From NCBI GenBank assembly GCA_965216465.1, contig CBDCFW010000003.1, positions 160,001 to 224,000 of the forward strand: a stretch of DNA of 64,000 nt, given 5' to 3'. Shown here piece by piece: positions 10,229 to 19,982 of the stretch; within the stretch, counting starts at the first letter, position 1, and each line of letters starts with the position of its first letter. The DNA is from Bacteroidia bacterium. GTDB taxonomy: Bacteria > Bacteroidota > Bacteroidia > NS11-12g > UBA9320. The position numbers and the translations under genes are program-made. A model generated the notes under the pieces. That model was not told where the DNA came from, searched no databases, and worked only from the letters and a program-made list of their open reading frames with translations.

Positions 10229-10427
10229 AAATTACAAATTTGTAGAATGCCCTGGCAACTGAAGAATAAAGTCAGTACTTTTATTGTATGAAGTGTTCAA
10301 CATCCTTGATAAATCTTAGCGTTTTGCAAAGGTTTTAATAGGTTGCACAAGTACCTCATTAACCAAATCACATAAAAATATGTTAACTTAGTAGCGTAAA
10401 CTACCGAAGTCTAACCTTGTTCAGCGT

Positions 10428-11819
10428 ATGAGATTACTTCTAGCTTGTATTTTTTATGTGATCGCGTTTGTGGGATTCGCACAAAACGAATTGAAGAACG
10501 AACAAGCGGTTATTTCAACTTCAGGTAGTATTATCACCTTACATAATTTTGAGTTGACCAATAACGGAACCATCAGAGATTCCGCTGCCACCTGGTATAT
10601 TTCTGGTGCTGAAGACACGCTTGATAGTGAAATAGGAGGAGATTCACTGTCCGTAATCAACAACTTAACGGTTAACAAAACAACTGGAGATCAAGTGGTT
10701 CAGCTTAAAGGTGACTTTGAAGTGCTTGGGACAATTTCGTTGACTTCTGGCAGCATTAATTTGAATCAATATGATATTGAACTCGGAGAGAATGGAAGAA
10801 TAGAAAGCGAAGACAACAACAATCGAATCTTTGGTTATACGGGAGGTACAATTTTTAAAGATACAAGTTTAAATAGCCCTTCGTCGGCCAATCCTGGGAA
10901 TATGGGATTGGTTATAACTTCTTCTTCTAACCTAGGTGCAACCCGTGTTATTCGTGGACACAACACGCAATACAATGCCGATAGCTCTTGGAATAGCATT
11001 AACCGTTGGTACGACTTTGTTCCAACTACAAATTCAAGCTTAAATGCCACGCTGAGATTTTACTATCTTGATGTAGAAATTAGTCCATATTTTCATGCCG
11101 ACTTAGACATGTGGGAAGATCCAAGCGGAATCTGGACCCAAAACGCAGTACCATTTAATGCTGCAAATCGAGACAGTGCAAACACCTGGATGCAGTTAAC
11201 GGGATTTGATTCGTTAGTTCGAATTACACTCGGACCAGATAGTATACCAATACTGCCAATTGATCTAATCTCATTTGATGTGAATTGGATTGACGCTCCA
11301 ACAATTTCTAATGTAACATGGCAAACTGCAAGCGAAGACAATGTCTCATTTTATACCGTCGAGCGATCGTATGATGGATTAAATTTTGAATCTATTTATA
11401 CGCTGAATAATATAGGCTCTTCAACTGAAATTAAGACTTACAGCTATACAGATGATCAGGTGAATCAACCAAGCTTTACAGACATCGTTTATTATCGTTT
11501 ACGCCAAGCTGATTACAGCGGTGAAGAATTCGAAAGTCAAATCGTGCCACTAATTTATAGCGCGAAAAATGGATTAAGCGTAGCTGTTTATCCCAATCCG
11601 ACTAAAGAAAAGGTTGTATTAAGAGCTTCGTCTAAGGTTAAGAACCTAACAATTCAAGTGCTTGATAACAATGGAGCATTAATTAAGGAGCAAGTTATGG
11701 AGAACATGAGTAAGTTTGAAATAGATATGACTGAACTGACCTCGGGTACCTATTTTATCTCAGTGCTTGATCAAAACTCTGGCTTTAGAGAAGTGGTGCA
11801 AGTCGTAAAGACTAACTAA
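10428..11819 (+). CDS. Secreted protein with T9SS type A sorting domain
   Basis: Signal peptide ending FAQ, LPIDLISF Ig-like module, VYPNPT...GTYFI...VVK C-terminal domain. Confidence 0.85.
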   Translation: MRLLLACIFYVIAFVGFAQNELKNEQAVISTSGSIITLHNFELTNNGTIRDSAATWYISGAEDTLDSEIGGDSLSVINNLTVNKTTGDQVVQLKGDFEVLGTISLTSGSINLNQYDIELGENGRIESEDNNNRIFGYTGGTIFKDTSLNSPSSANPGNMGLVITSSSNLGATRVIRGHNTQYNADSSWNSINRWYDFVPTTNSSLNATLRFYYLDVEISPYFHADLDMWEDPSGIWTQNAVPFNAANRDSANTWMQLTGFDSLVRITLGPDSIPILPIDLISFDVNWIDAPTISNVTWQTASEDNVSFYTVERSYDGLNFESIYTLNNIGSSTEIKTYSYTDDQVNQPSFTDIVYYRLRQADYSGEEFESQIVPLIYSAKNGLSVAVYPNPTKEKVVLRASSKVKNLTIQVLDNNGALIKEQVMENMSKFEIDMTELTSGTYFISVLDQNSGFREVVQVVKTN

Positions 11820-12459
11820 AAACCTTACTGCCTACACGAATCATATTTGACCCACACTCGATTGCGTCTTGATAATCACCGCTCATACCCATAGACAAAG
11901 TGCTCCAAGACTCTTGTTCTGCATGGGCAATAAACAGATTTCTTAGCGATGAAAATTCACTTCGAACTTGGTCTTTGTCTTCAGTAAGCGTAGACATTCC
12001 CATTAACCCCTTGCACTTAACATGATTTAGGTTTCGATAATCGTCACTGGCCAATATTTGTTTCAAACCCGAAATGGTTAACCCAAACTTACTGGTTTCT
12101 TCAGCAATATGAATTTGAAACAAGAATGAGATTACTCTGTTGTGCTTCTCGGCTTCCTTATTTATTACACGCAAGAGCTTTAAGCTGTCAACAGAATGAA
12201 TCATGTGAACAAAACTCGCTATGTATTTCACTTTGTTTGTTTGCAAATGCCCGATAGCATGCCATTTAATATCTGCCGGCAAATGCTGTTGTTTGTCGAC
12301 CATTTCTTGCACCCTGTTTTCACCAAAATCACGGTGATTACAATCATATACGGCTTGTAATTCAGCAAGGCTTCTGTATTTAGAAACTACAACTAAATCA
12401 ACATTTTCAATTTCTTGCTTTAAATCTTTAATATTTTCGCAAATCGAATGGGACATCAT
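11812..12459 (-). CDS. yggS: YggS family pyridoxal phosphate homeostasis protein
   Basis: VVVSK, FGENRVQE, WH-IGHLQTNK, LSMGMSGDY, RVGS motifs. Confidence 0.95.
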   Translation of the reverse strand: MMSHSICENIKDLKQEIENVDLVVVSKYRSLAELQAVYDCNHRDFGENRVQEMVDKQQHLPADIKWHAIGHLQTNKVKYIASFVHMIHSVDSLKLLRVINKEAEKHNRVISFLFQIHIAEETSKFGLTISGLKQILASDDYRNLNHVKCKGLMGMSTLTEDKDQVRSEFSSLRNLFIAHAEQESWSTLSMGMSGDYQDAIECGSNMIRVGSKVFS

Positions 12460-12789
12460 ACCGCGACAAAAATAATTTTACTTTGCCTGGTATTGGCATT
12501 TAGTGCATGTAATTCTGGTAAAAGAAATGTACCAGATGGAGTTTTATCTGAAGAAAAGATGGAAGCCATCATCACTGATATCCAACTTATTGAAGCTGCA
12601 CACCAAATGATCAACGATCCTACTCTAAATCAAAAACGAATGCGTGACACGTCTTTCGCTATTATTTATAACAAGCATGAAACCACAGTTCAGGAATTTG
12701 ATAGCAGCTTAAAAGTGTATACCCAATACCCAGAGGTGTTCAGCGAGATTATGAAACGTGTAGATGAAAACCTCAATAAAACGAAATAG
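12448..12789 (+). CDS. DUF4296-like lipoprotein
   Basis: Lipobox FSAC, P---LSEEKME-II-DIQL-EA pattern, FDSSL--Y. Confidence 0.7.
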   Translation: MGHHTATKIILLCLVLAFSACNSGKRNVPDGVLSEEKMEAIITDIQLIEAAHQMINDPTLNQKRMRDTSFAIIYNKHETTVQEFDSSLKVYTQYPEVFSEIMKRVDENLNKTK

Positions 12790-12792
12790 ACC

Positions 12793-15135
12793 TTGTTTTT
12801 TCCAAAAAACATAGCTCAAAAGCTTGGCTTTGACCAAGTTGTTGAAATTGGCCTCGAGTTCTGCGAAACAGACAAAGGAAGAGTTCACTTTCAGAAACTT
12901 AAGGCATCCAATTCTCAAGAAACAATCCTGCTTCTGTTGAATCAAACCAATGAAGTACGGCAAATTGTTGAAAAAGGTGAATTGGCTTTTCCTCTTGCAA
13001 TCGACTTTGACCTGCAAACTGATAGAGCATTGGTAAAAGGGTTTTACTATAATGAGGAAACAATCGCAGAGATTAAAGAGCTTCTATATGTTTTACAAAG
13101 AATTTCTGGTTATGCCCAGAAACATGCAGAAGACTACCCTCAGCTCTTTCAACTTTTTTCGAATCTTGATATAGATTATGACTTAATCGGTGCAATCGAT
13201 AAGGTGTTGGGGCCTGATAATGAAGTTAAGCCAAGTGCTAGCCGAGCTCTCCAAAAAATATCAAGTCAAATTTCAGCGGCAGAAAAAAGCGTTATCCGAA
13301 ACTCAAATAAATTGTTTAATCAGGCAAAGGATAAAGGAGTTTTAGCCGAAACTGAACTAAGTATCAAAAATGGAAGGGTCGTGCTGCCTGTGCTTTCTGA
13401 GCATAAACGAAAGGTGAGTGGTGTGCTGATTGATCAATCAGGAACAGGGAAGATTTCGTATATAGAACCCATCGAATTGGTGGAGCTGAATAATGAGCTG
13501 GCCGAACTCCAAATTCAACAAAGGCATGAGATTATTCAAATCTTAAAAAAGCTGACGGCTCAAATAGTTGAAGACCTCTACGAAATAAAAAAGGGAGTAA
13601 ACAAGCTTGCTGCATTTGATTTTATTCGAGCCAAAGCTAGACTGGCGGTTGAATGGTCATGTATTCTTCCTAAATTAGGCAAAACTACGCACGTAGAGAA
13701 AGCTGAGCACCCCTTACTGCGTAAGCGGCTTAAAGATGAGGAAGGAGAAATTGTTCCGTTAAGCTATGTATTAGACGATGATCAACGCATAATAGTGATC
13801 TCAGGACCTAATGCTGGTGGGAAATCTGTAGCTCTAAAGACAGTTGGTCTTTTGCAATATATGTTGCAGTCTGGATTGCTTGTTCCCTGCCTGTCAACAA
13901 GTGTCTTTCACATTTTTAAGAATATCTTTATTGATATTGGAGACGATCAAAGTATCGAATCAGACTTAAGTACTTATAGTTCGCACCTGAGAGCTGCTAA
14001 GCATATAATCAATTTTTGTGATGAGAATACCCTAGTGCTCATGGATGAAATTGGAACAGGCACCGACCCTATGTTTGGTGGACCTATGGCAGAAGCCGTT
14101 CTTGAAGAAGTTCATAATCGCAATGCATTTGGTGTAATAACAACGCACTTCAGCGATATCAAGACCAAAACCAAACAGCTGAAGCATGCAGTAAATGCTG
14201 CAATGCTTTTCGACATCAAGAAACTAAAGCCACAATACAGACTTGAGGTAGGTCAGCCAGGCTCATCTTTTGTATATGAAGTTGCAGCCAATATCGGGTT
14301 GAATAAAAAGCTCATAAAACGGGCTAAGAAGCTAACTAACACCAAACAATATGACCTTGATGCGTTATTGGCTGAAGTACAAGAACAGAAGGATGTGTTA
14401 AACAAGCAGATTTCTGAGCTCGAAGAAAAAGCTAAAAATGCTCGTCATCTTGAAAGTGAATACAAAGAGCTTAAAAAAACACTGAGCGATCAAAAGAAAG
14501 TAATTCTTAAGCAGGCGCATGAAAAGGCCGATGGAATTATCAAAGATGCAAACAAAGCCATAGAAAAGACCATTCGTGTAATTCAGGAAAGCAAGGCTGA
14601 TAAGGCCAAAACCAAACAAGCCCGATCAAAACTTGAGAAACAGGTAGAATTGCCATCTTCAACCGCAAAGAAACAGGTGAATGCTGATTTAAAGCCCGGC
14701 GATAGAGTTCAAATAAAAGACACTACATCGGTCGGAGAAATTATTGAGATTAAGAAAAACAATGTCACGCTACAGATTGGTGCCATGGTCACCAAAACTA
14801 AGTTAGCCAATGTTGTGAAGGTGGGGAAGAAGACTGAAAAGGCTGTTAAAAAGTACATCTCATCTTCTAGCTTTAATCATCGGCAAGAAAGTTTTACCGC
14901 CGAGAAAGATATTCGTGGTATGCGTACAATGGATGCTTTAAAAGAGATTGACGAGTGGATAGATTCGGCCATTATTCTCGGTTTTAATCAATTGCGTTTG
15001 GTACACGGTAAAGGAAATGGTATTCTTAAAATGGAAGTGAGGCGTCATTTGAAGCCAAATCCTGCTATTGAAAGTATAAATTATGAAAGAGTAGACCTTG
15101 GTGGCGAAGGAGTTAGTATAATTGTGCTGAAATAG
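12793..15135 (+). CDS. mutS2: MutS2 family protein with KOW and Smr domains
   Basis: TTG start, GPNAGGKS Walker A, DIGDDQSIESDLSTYSSH, DEIGTGTDP, Smr domain (HGKGNGIL). Confidence 0.95.
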   Translation: MFFPKNIAQKLGFDQVVEIGLEFCETDKGRVHFQKLKASNSQETILLLLNQTNEVRQIVEKGELAFPLAIDFDLQTDRALVKGFYYNEETIAEIKELLYVLQRISGYAQKHAEDYPQLFQLFSNLDIDYDLIGAIDKVLGPDNEVKPSASRALQKISSQISAAEKSVIRNSNKLFNQAKDKGVLAETELSIKNGRVVLPVLSEHKRKVSGVLIDQSGTGKISYIEPIELVELNNELAELQIQQRHEIIQILKKLTAQIVEDLYEIKKGVNKLAAFDFIRAKARLAVEWSCILPKLGKTTHVEKAEHPLLRKRLKDEEGEIVPLSYVLDDDQRIIVISGPNAGGKSVALKTVGLLQYMLQSGLLVPCLSTSVFHIFKNIFIDIGDDQSIESDLSTYSSHLRAAKHIINFCDENTLVLMDEIGTGTDPMFGGPMAEAVLEEVHNRNAFGVITTHFSDIKTKTKQLKHAVNAAMLFDIKKLKPQYRLEVGQPGSSFVYEVAANIGLNKKLIKRAKKLTNTKQYDLDALLAEVQEQKDVLNKQISELEEKAKNARHLESEYKELKKTLSDQKKVILKQAHEKADGIIKDANKAIEKTIRVIQESKADKAKTKQARSKLEKQVELPSSTAKKQVNADLKPGDRVQIKDTTSVGEIIEIKKNNVTLQIGAMVTKTKLANVVKVGKKTEKAVKKYISSSSFNHRQESFTAEKDIRGMRTMDALKEIDEWIDSAIILGFNQLRLVHGKGNGILKMEVRRHLKPNPAIESINYERVDLGGEGVSIIVLK

Positions 15136-15138
15136 ACT

Positions 15139-15948
15139 ATGCATTTTCGAATTCTCTTCTTTCTTGTAATTGTCGGATACCAAATTTACCCATTTGTAAA
15201 GTATCTCTTGCCATTTAAAGAAGTGCCTGACAATCTTTTGCATAAGCGAAAATTTAAGCATCTAGTTAAGGATGTTCATCGCATCTGCCTTGAACACAAC
15301 ACGTACTATAGAAAGTTGAGCAAAAAAGGAAGGCAAAAGTTCATTAGCCGTTTACTGCACCTAATTCAGAAGAAAGAGTTTGTCGGCTATCACGATTTAG
15401 AAATTGATTTTGAGATGAAGGTTGTGGTGTTGAGTGCACATGTTCAACTGACCTACGGTTTTAATCGGTTCTCTTTACCGATGTTTAAACGTTATATATT
15501 GTATCCCGAGCAATTTTACTCCCGTTACTTCGACTCCAATCTCAAAGGATTAACAGGCAGAGGATTTGTTACCTTGTCATGGAAAGATACCTTGCATGGG
15601 TTTCAAGAAGAGGATGACAATCTGAATTTAGCTATCCATGAAATAAGCCATGCAGTAGTTATCAATTTCCAAAAACACGGAAAAGATGATTTTCTGATAT
15701 CGAATATGTTCGCACAGAAACAAGATGAAATTCTGGCCCACTTTATTAGGCTTGGAGAACTTCGTCATCAACACACCTACCTTAGGGACTATGCTTTTAC
15801 TAACGAAAATGAATTCATAGCGGTTTGTATCGAGCATTTCTTTGAAACACCTATGGAATTTCAGTCAAGATTGCCAAATTTGTACTCAAACTTGGTTAAT
15901 CTGCTTAGGCAGAATCCTTTAAATGTTACCAACGACTACAAAGTATAA
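15139..15948 (+). CDS. MtfA/peptidase M90-like zinc peptidase
   Basis: NLAIHEISH (HEXXH) and YAFTNENEFIAVCIEHFFE motifs. Confidence 0.8.
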   Translation: MHFRILFFLVIVGYQIYPFVKYLLPFKEVPDNLLHKRKFKHLVKDVHRICLEHNTYYRKLSKKGRQKFISRLLHLIQKKEFVGYHDLEIDFEMKVVVLSAHVQLTYGFNRFSLPMFKRYILYPEQFYSRYFDSNLKGLTGRGFVTLSWKDTLHGFQEEDDNLNLAIHEISHAVVINFQKHGKDDFLISNMFAQKQDEILAHFIRLGELRHQHTYLRDYAFTNENEFIAVCIEHFFETPMEFQSRLPNLYSNLVNLLRQNPLNVTNDYKV

Positions 15949-16340
15949 TGCTTAATCCATTTCAAATAGGAGACGTAAAGCAATTCACAAAAGAGGTACT
16001 TCCTTCAGAGACTGCAACTTTTGATGTGGGAGAGGTGCATCCTTTTTATGGAACATTTGCCTTAGCTCGCGATGCGGAGTGGAGCAGTAGATTGTTTGTC
16101 TTAGAAATGAAGGAGGAACATGAAGAAGGCATTGGAACTTATGTAAATATTAAACATTTATCACCAGCGATGGTCGGTGAAACAGTTTTGTTTGAAGCCA
16201 CTTTAAAATCGGTAGAGCGTAACAATGTAATTTGTGAAATTAAGGTCAAAGTAGGAGATAGGCTAATAGCCGAAGGGGAGACCGGACAAAAGATTTTAAC
16301 CAAAGAACGTTTAGACCAACTAGCAGAAAGTTTAAAGTGA
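15948..16340 (+). CDS. FlK-like hot-dog thioesterase
   Basis: YGTFAL--DAE and GTYVNIKHLSPA give the Thr/Glu/His pattern. Confidence 0.8.
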   Translation: MLNPFQIGDVKQFTKEVLPSETATFDVGEVHPFYGTFALARDAEWSSRLFVLEMKEEHEEGIGTYVNIKHLSPAMVGETVLFEATLKSVERNNVICEIKVKVGDRLIAEGETGQKILTKERLDQLAESLK

Positions 16341-16801
16341 TGGCAAAGAAGAAGGCGAGAGAAAATAGCATAACAAAGAACAAGCGAGCATACTTTGAGT
16401 ATGCAATCGAAGAAACGTTCGAGGCTGGCTTAGTGTTAACAGGGCCTGAAATTAAGTCAATTCGTGCCAAAAAAGTTAGTATAAGTGAGGCGTACTGCTT
16501 CTTTGACGAAGAAGACTTGTTCAAGATAAAGGGAATGCGCATCGCAGAATTTAAAAATGCAGGTTATGCACCACAAAATCCAGACCGAGAAAAACTTCTT
16601 TTGTTGAACAAAACAGAGCTCAAGAAAATAAAGAACAAGCTAAAGGATCAGGGTAATACAGTAATTCCAATAGAGGTATTCATTTCAGATAAAGGCTATG
16701 CGAAGATCGAAATAGGAATTGGTCGCGGTAAAAAGCTACATGACAAACGCGAAAGCATTAAAGATAAGGATGTTAAGCGTGAGATTGATCGGTACGTTTA
16801 G
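16337..16801 (+). CDS. smpB: SsrA-binding protein (ATG at 16340 is a likely start)
   Basis: NKRAYFEY, EAGLVLTG-EIKSIR, GKKLHDKRE motifs. Confidence 0.97.
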   Translation: MMAKKKARENSITKNKRAYFEYAIEETFEAGLVLTGPEIKSIRAKKVSISEAYCFFDEEDLFKIKGMRIAEFKNAGYAPQNPDREKLLLLNKTELKKIKNKLKDQGNTVIPIEVFISDKGYAKIEIGIGRGKKLHDKRESIKDKDVKREIDRYV

Positions 16802-16839
16802 AGAATCAAACCAGAATTATTTTACTGGAGTAGTTTAAG

Positions 16840-16923
16840 TGCTCACGACTGGATTCGAACCAGCACGTCCATAAGGACACTACCCCCTCAAGGTAGCGTG
16901 TCTACCAATTTCACCACGTGAGC
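16840..16923 (-). tRNA. tRNA-Leu(GAG), CCA not encoded
   Basis: GCTCACG acceptor, anticodon arm CTACC-TTGAGGG-GGTAG, long variable arm, GTTCGAATC T loop. Confidence 0.95.
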
Positions 16924-16935
16924 AATTGATGGCTG

Positions 16936-16965
16936 CGAATTTAAGTGTTTATGCAATTTTTACAA
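16936..16965 (-). promoter_or_regulatory. tRNA-Leu promoter
   Basis: TTG-N19-TAAATTCG on the minus strand. Confidence 0.65.
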
Positions 16966-17082
16966 TACTATTTGTAATCGATTTAAAGGCCAATTGAATT
17001 CTTAGCTGCGAATTATTATCTAACTTAGCAGGAACCCAAAACAAAACTTTAATTTACATATTTAACGCCCAAAAAACTCCCC

Positions 17083-17475
17083 ATGAATATCAAAAACTTT
17101 ATTATTTCCGGACTCGTCGGAGGAATTGTAAATTTCTTACTGCGTTGGCTCTTTTATGGCTTTCTAGTCAATAATCCTTATCCCGCTACCCAAGATGTAG
17201 GACTGGTTTCAATCATACTAGGCTGTTTTACACTTGGATTCTTATTTGCCTATATCTTTTTGAAGTGGGGACATATATCTACCCTTCAAACAGGGTTTAA
17301 GGCAGGTATTGTTCTCGGTGTCTTCTTCGGGCTATTGAGTGTCTTCTTTCAGCAAAGTGATTTATTAAGTGCTGAACCAGCAATGATGGTCTGGGAAATG
17401 GTAATTAGTATTGTTGTTATTTCATCTACTTGTGGTGCAATTGGCTATACTTTACACCTATTACGAAAAAAGTAA
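17083..17475 (+). CDS. Four-TM membrane protein (DUF1761-like), paralog 1
   Basis: Four hydrophobic segments. N-terminus close to that of the next ORF. Confidence 0.7.
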   Translation: MNIKNFIISGLVGGIVNFLLRWLFYGFLVNNPYPATQDVGLVSIILGCFTLGFLFAYIFLKWGHISTLQTGFKAGIVLGVFFGLLSVFFQQSDLLSAEPAMMVWEMVISIVVISSTCGAIGYTLHLLRKK

Positions 17476-17647
17476 GTGTATCTATGAGTTATCAACTAAA
17501 ACACTAATAATCCTAAACGGCACATAATTAGTGGTTTAGGTAGATAATATTTGCCTTTTTCTATCAATTTAATCAATAGCATTGTGAATAAGATTAAGTT
17601 TTTCACTGCCTCGCTTCGTACCTTTATATGAACCAAAATATATCATT

Positions 17648-18034
17648 ATGAACACAAAAAACTTTATTGTGGGTGGATTAGTGGGAGGTATTATTAACTT
17701 TTTAGCTGGCTGGTTATTCTACGGAATACTATTCAAAGAACAGTTTGGAGGAGGAGATGACATGAACATGCTATTTATCTTTTTAGGCTGTTTGACATTT
17801 GGCTTTTTAATGGCCTATGTTTTTGTAAAATGGGCCAGCATTTCAACGGCTATGACTGGAGCAGTAGGTGGTGCAGTTATTGCAGCACTGAGTGCACTTT
17901 CAAGCGACTTTTTCCGTTATTCAGGAGAAACAAACCCTGATTATATGCTCATCCTTTTGGATGTTGGAGTAATGGCGGTGATTGGAGCCATGATGGGAGC
18001 AGGCATTGGATTTGTTCTCAGTAAAATGAAATAA
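17648..18034 (+). CDS. Four-TM membrane protein (DUF1761-like), paralog 2
   Basis: MNTKNFIVGGLVGGIINFLAGWLFYG versus MNIKNFIISGLVGGIVNFLLRWLFYG in paralog 1. Confidence 0.75.
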   Translation: MNTKNFIVGGLVGGIINFLAGWLFYGILFKEQFGGGDDMNMLFIFLGCLTFGFLMAYVFVKWASISTAMTGAVGGAVIAALSALSSDFFRYSGETNPDYMLILLDVGVMAVIGAMMGAGIGFVLSKMK

Positions 18035-18056
18035 CATCAATTTAAATATTTGAGGT

Positions 18057-18090
18057 AGCACCCTGCAGATTGCTGTGGGGTGCTTTTTTT
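18057..18090 (+). terminator. Rho-independent terminator
   Basis: AGCACCCTGCAG-ATTG-CTGTGGGGTGCT plus T run. Confidence 0.85.
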
Positions 18091-18168
18091 GTCTAGTTCT
18101 TGAAATTTTTCAGCACAATGCAAAAAGTACCTTAATTCCTTTTTACATTTGGCCCACTTAATACACTC

Positions 18169-19308
18169 ATGAAATTCGGAACTAAAGCCCTACATGCTGG
18201 AATCGAACCGTGTCAAAGCACCGGAGCGATAATGACACCAATATATCAGACTTCAACCTATGTGCAAGAAGGTATCGGTAATCACAAAGGATTTGAATAT
18301 AGCAGAACCGGAAACCCAACAAGAAACACGCTCGAAGCCAATATAGCAGCTATCGAAAACGGAAAGTACGGTGCTTGTTTTGGGTCCGGATTAGCAGCAA
18401 TTGATTGCGTTATTAAAATGCTTAATCCAGGTGACGAAGTAATCTCAACAAACGATCTTTATGGGGGCTCATACCGAATCTTCAAGACAATCTTTGAGAA
18501 GTATGGAATTAAATTCCACTTTGTAGATATGCTTGATATTCAAAACATTGAAGCAAACATCAATGCCAATACAAAGTTGATTTGGATTGAAACACCAACC
18601 AATCCAATGATGAATATTATTGACATAGAAGCCGTGGTTAATTTGGCGAAACCAAATCAAATAAAAGTGGCCGTTGATAACACATTCGCAACCCCATTCT
18701 TACAGAATCCACTTGATTTAGGTGCTGATATCGTAATGCATTCAGTAACCAAATATTTAGGAGGACACAGTGATGTTGTAATGGGAGCTCTTGTTGTGAA
18801 TGATGATGCCTTAGCTGAAGAGATGTATAGAATTCAAAATTCGAGTGGTGCGGTTACTGCTCCAATGGATTCTTTCCTCGTGCTTCGTGGAATTAAAACA
18901 CTTCACCTTCGCATGCAACGACACTGTGAGAATGGAGCTAAAATTGCTCAATTCCTAGTAGATCACCCAAAAGTTGACCAAGTTTATTGGCCAGGACTAG
19001 CAGATCATCCAAACCACGATGTTGCAAAACGTCAAATGAGAGATTTTGGAGGAATGGTTTCATTTACTTTGGTAGGAAACAATATTGAGGATGCTAAAAA
19101 TGTGGTAGCCAATACACATTACTTTGCACTTGCTGAAAGTTTAGGTGGGGTTGAAAGCTTAATAGGCCATCCAGCAACCATGACACATGCTTCAATTCCC
19201 AAAGAAGAACGTGAAAAGTCTGGCGTTGTCGATTCTCTGATTCGTTTAAGTGTTGGAGTTGAGGATGTGGAAGATCTAATCGAAGATCTTAGCAAGGCAT
19301 TAGCATAA
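18169..19308 (+). CDS. Cystathionine gamma-synthase/gamma-lyase (Cys/Met metabolism PLP enzyme)
   Basis: YSRTGNPT, ETPTNP, DNTFATP, HSVTKYLGGHSD (PLP lysine), AESLGGVESL. TACATTTG promoter upstream. Confidence 0.92.
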   Translation: MKFGTKALHAGIEPCQSTGAIMTPIYQTSTYVQEGIGNHKGFEYSRTGNPTRNTLEANIAAIENGKYGACFGSGLAAIDCVIKMLNPGDEVISTNDLYGGSYRIFKTIFEKYGIKFHFVDMLDIQNIEANINANTKLIWIETPTNPMMNIIDIEAVVNLAKPNQIKVAVDNTFATPFLQNPLDLGADIVMHSVTKYLGGHSDVVMGALVVNDDALAEEMYRIQNSSGAVTAPMDSFLVLRGIKTLHLRMQRHCENGAKIAQFLVDHPKVDQVYWPGLADHPNHDVAKRQMRDFGGMVSFTLVGNNIEDAKNVVANTHYFALAESLGGVESLIGHPATMTHASIPKEEREKSGVVDSLIRLSVGVEDVEDLIEDLSKALA

Positions 19309-19982
19309 TGCTTCCTTTAGCACTTGCCATAGCCCCGGTTGTTGCCATTATTTGGTACATTCTGTTTCTAGATTCTTTGAATCGAGAACCCGTAAAAATG
19401 TTGGTACTCACCTTCATTTTTGGGTTATTAAGTGTTATTCCTGCTGTATTGCTTGAGATGTTTGGAGGCGCAGTGCTGGGCAATGTAAATACAGTTGTAA
19501 AAGCGGCTATTCAAGCTTTCATTATCGTTGGGTTTAGTGAGGAGTTCGCTAAATACTTCTTTTTACGGGCCTTTGTATACAAACGAAAAGAGTTTGATGA
19601 ACCCTATGATGGTATTGTTTATGCTGTAATGATCTCAATGGGCTTTGCCGCTCTTGAAAATGTGATGTATGTGATGCAAGGAGGCTTAAATGTTGCCATT
19701 TTAAGAATGTTTACTGCTGTTCCAGCTCATGCAACATTTGCCATCTTGATGGGATATTGGGTGGGAAGAGCGAAAATGGAAAACAAACCTTACCTTAACT
19801 GGGTGGGACTATTTTCAGCAGTGCTTTTTCACGGTCTTTATGACTTTTTTCTTCTCACCGAGATGTTTGAAGGTCAATTAATTGGAGCTTTGCTTTCTCT
19901 CATAATTGCTGTTGTATTGTCACGTTCTGCAATTCGAATTCATCGCCGATATAAGCTCGAAAATGATATTCCAAGAAGCTAA
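19308..19982 (+). CDS. PrsW family intramembrane glutamic metalloprotease
   Basis: EEFAK, GFAALEN, HA and HGLYDF motifs in a multi-TM protein. Confidence 0.9.
   Translation: MLPLALAIAPVVAIIWYILFLDSLNREPVKMLVLTFIFGLLSVIPAVLLEMFGGAVLGNVNTVVKAAIQAFIIVGFSEEFAKYFFLRAFVYKRKEFDEPYDGIVYAVMISMGFAALENVMYVMQGGLNVAILRMFTAVPAHATFAILMGYWVGRAKMENKPYLNWVGLFSAVLFHGLYDFFLLTEMFEGQLIGALLSLIIAVVLSRSAIRIHRRYKLENDIPRS

Noticed and set aside
16840-18090. Genomic island at tRNA-Leu (also considered at tRNA-Lys, 62503)
   Set aside because: No integrase and no duplicated tRNA 3' end was seen. smpB lies close to the tRNA-Leu 3' end, and tRNA-Lys is followed directly by its terminator.
18035-18168. SAM riboswitch upstream of the cystathionine enzyme
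   Set aside because: The hairpin is the upstream terminator, and the -7 element is only ~17 nt before the ATG, which leaves no room for an aptamer.
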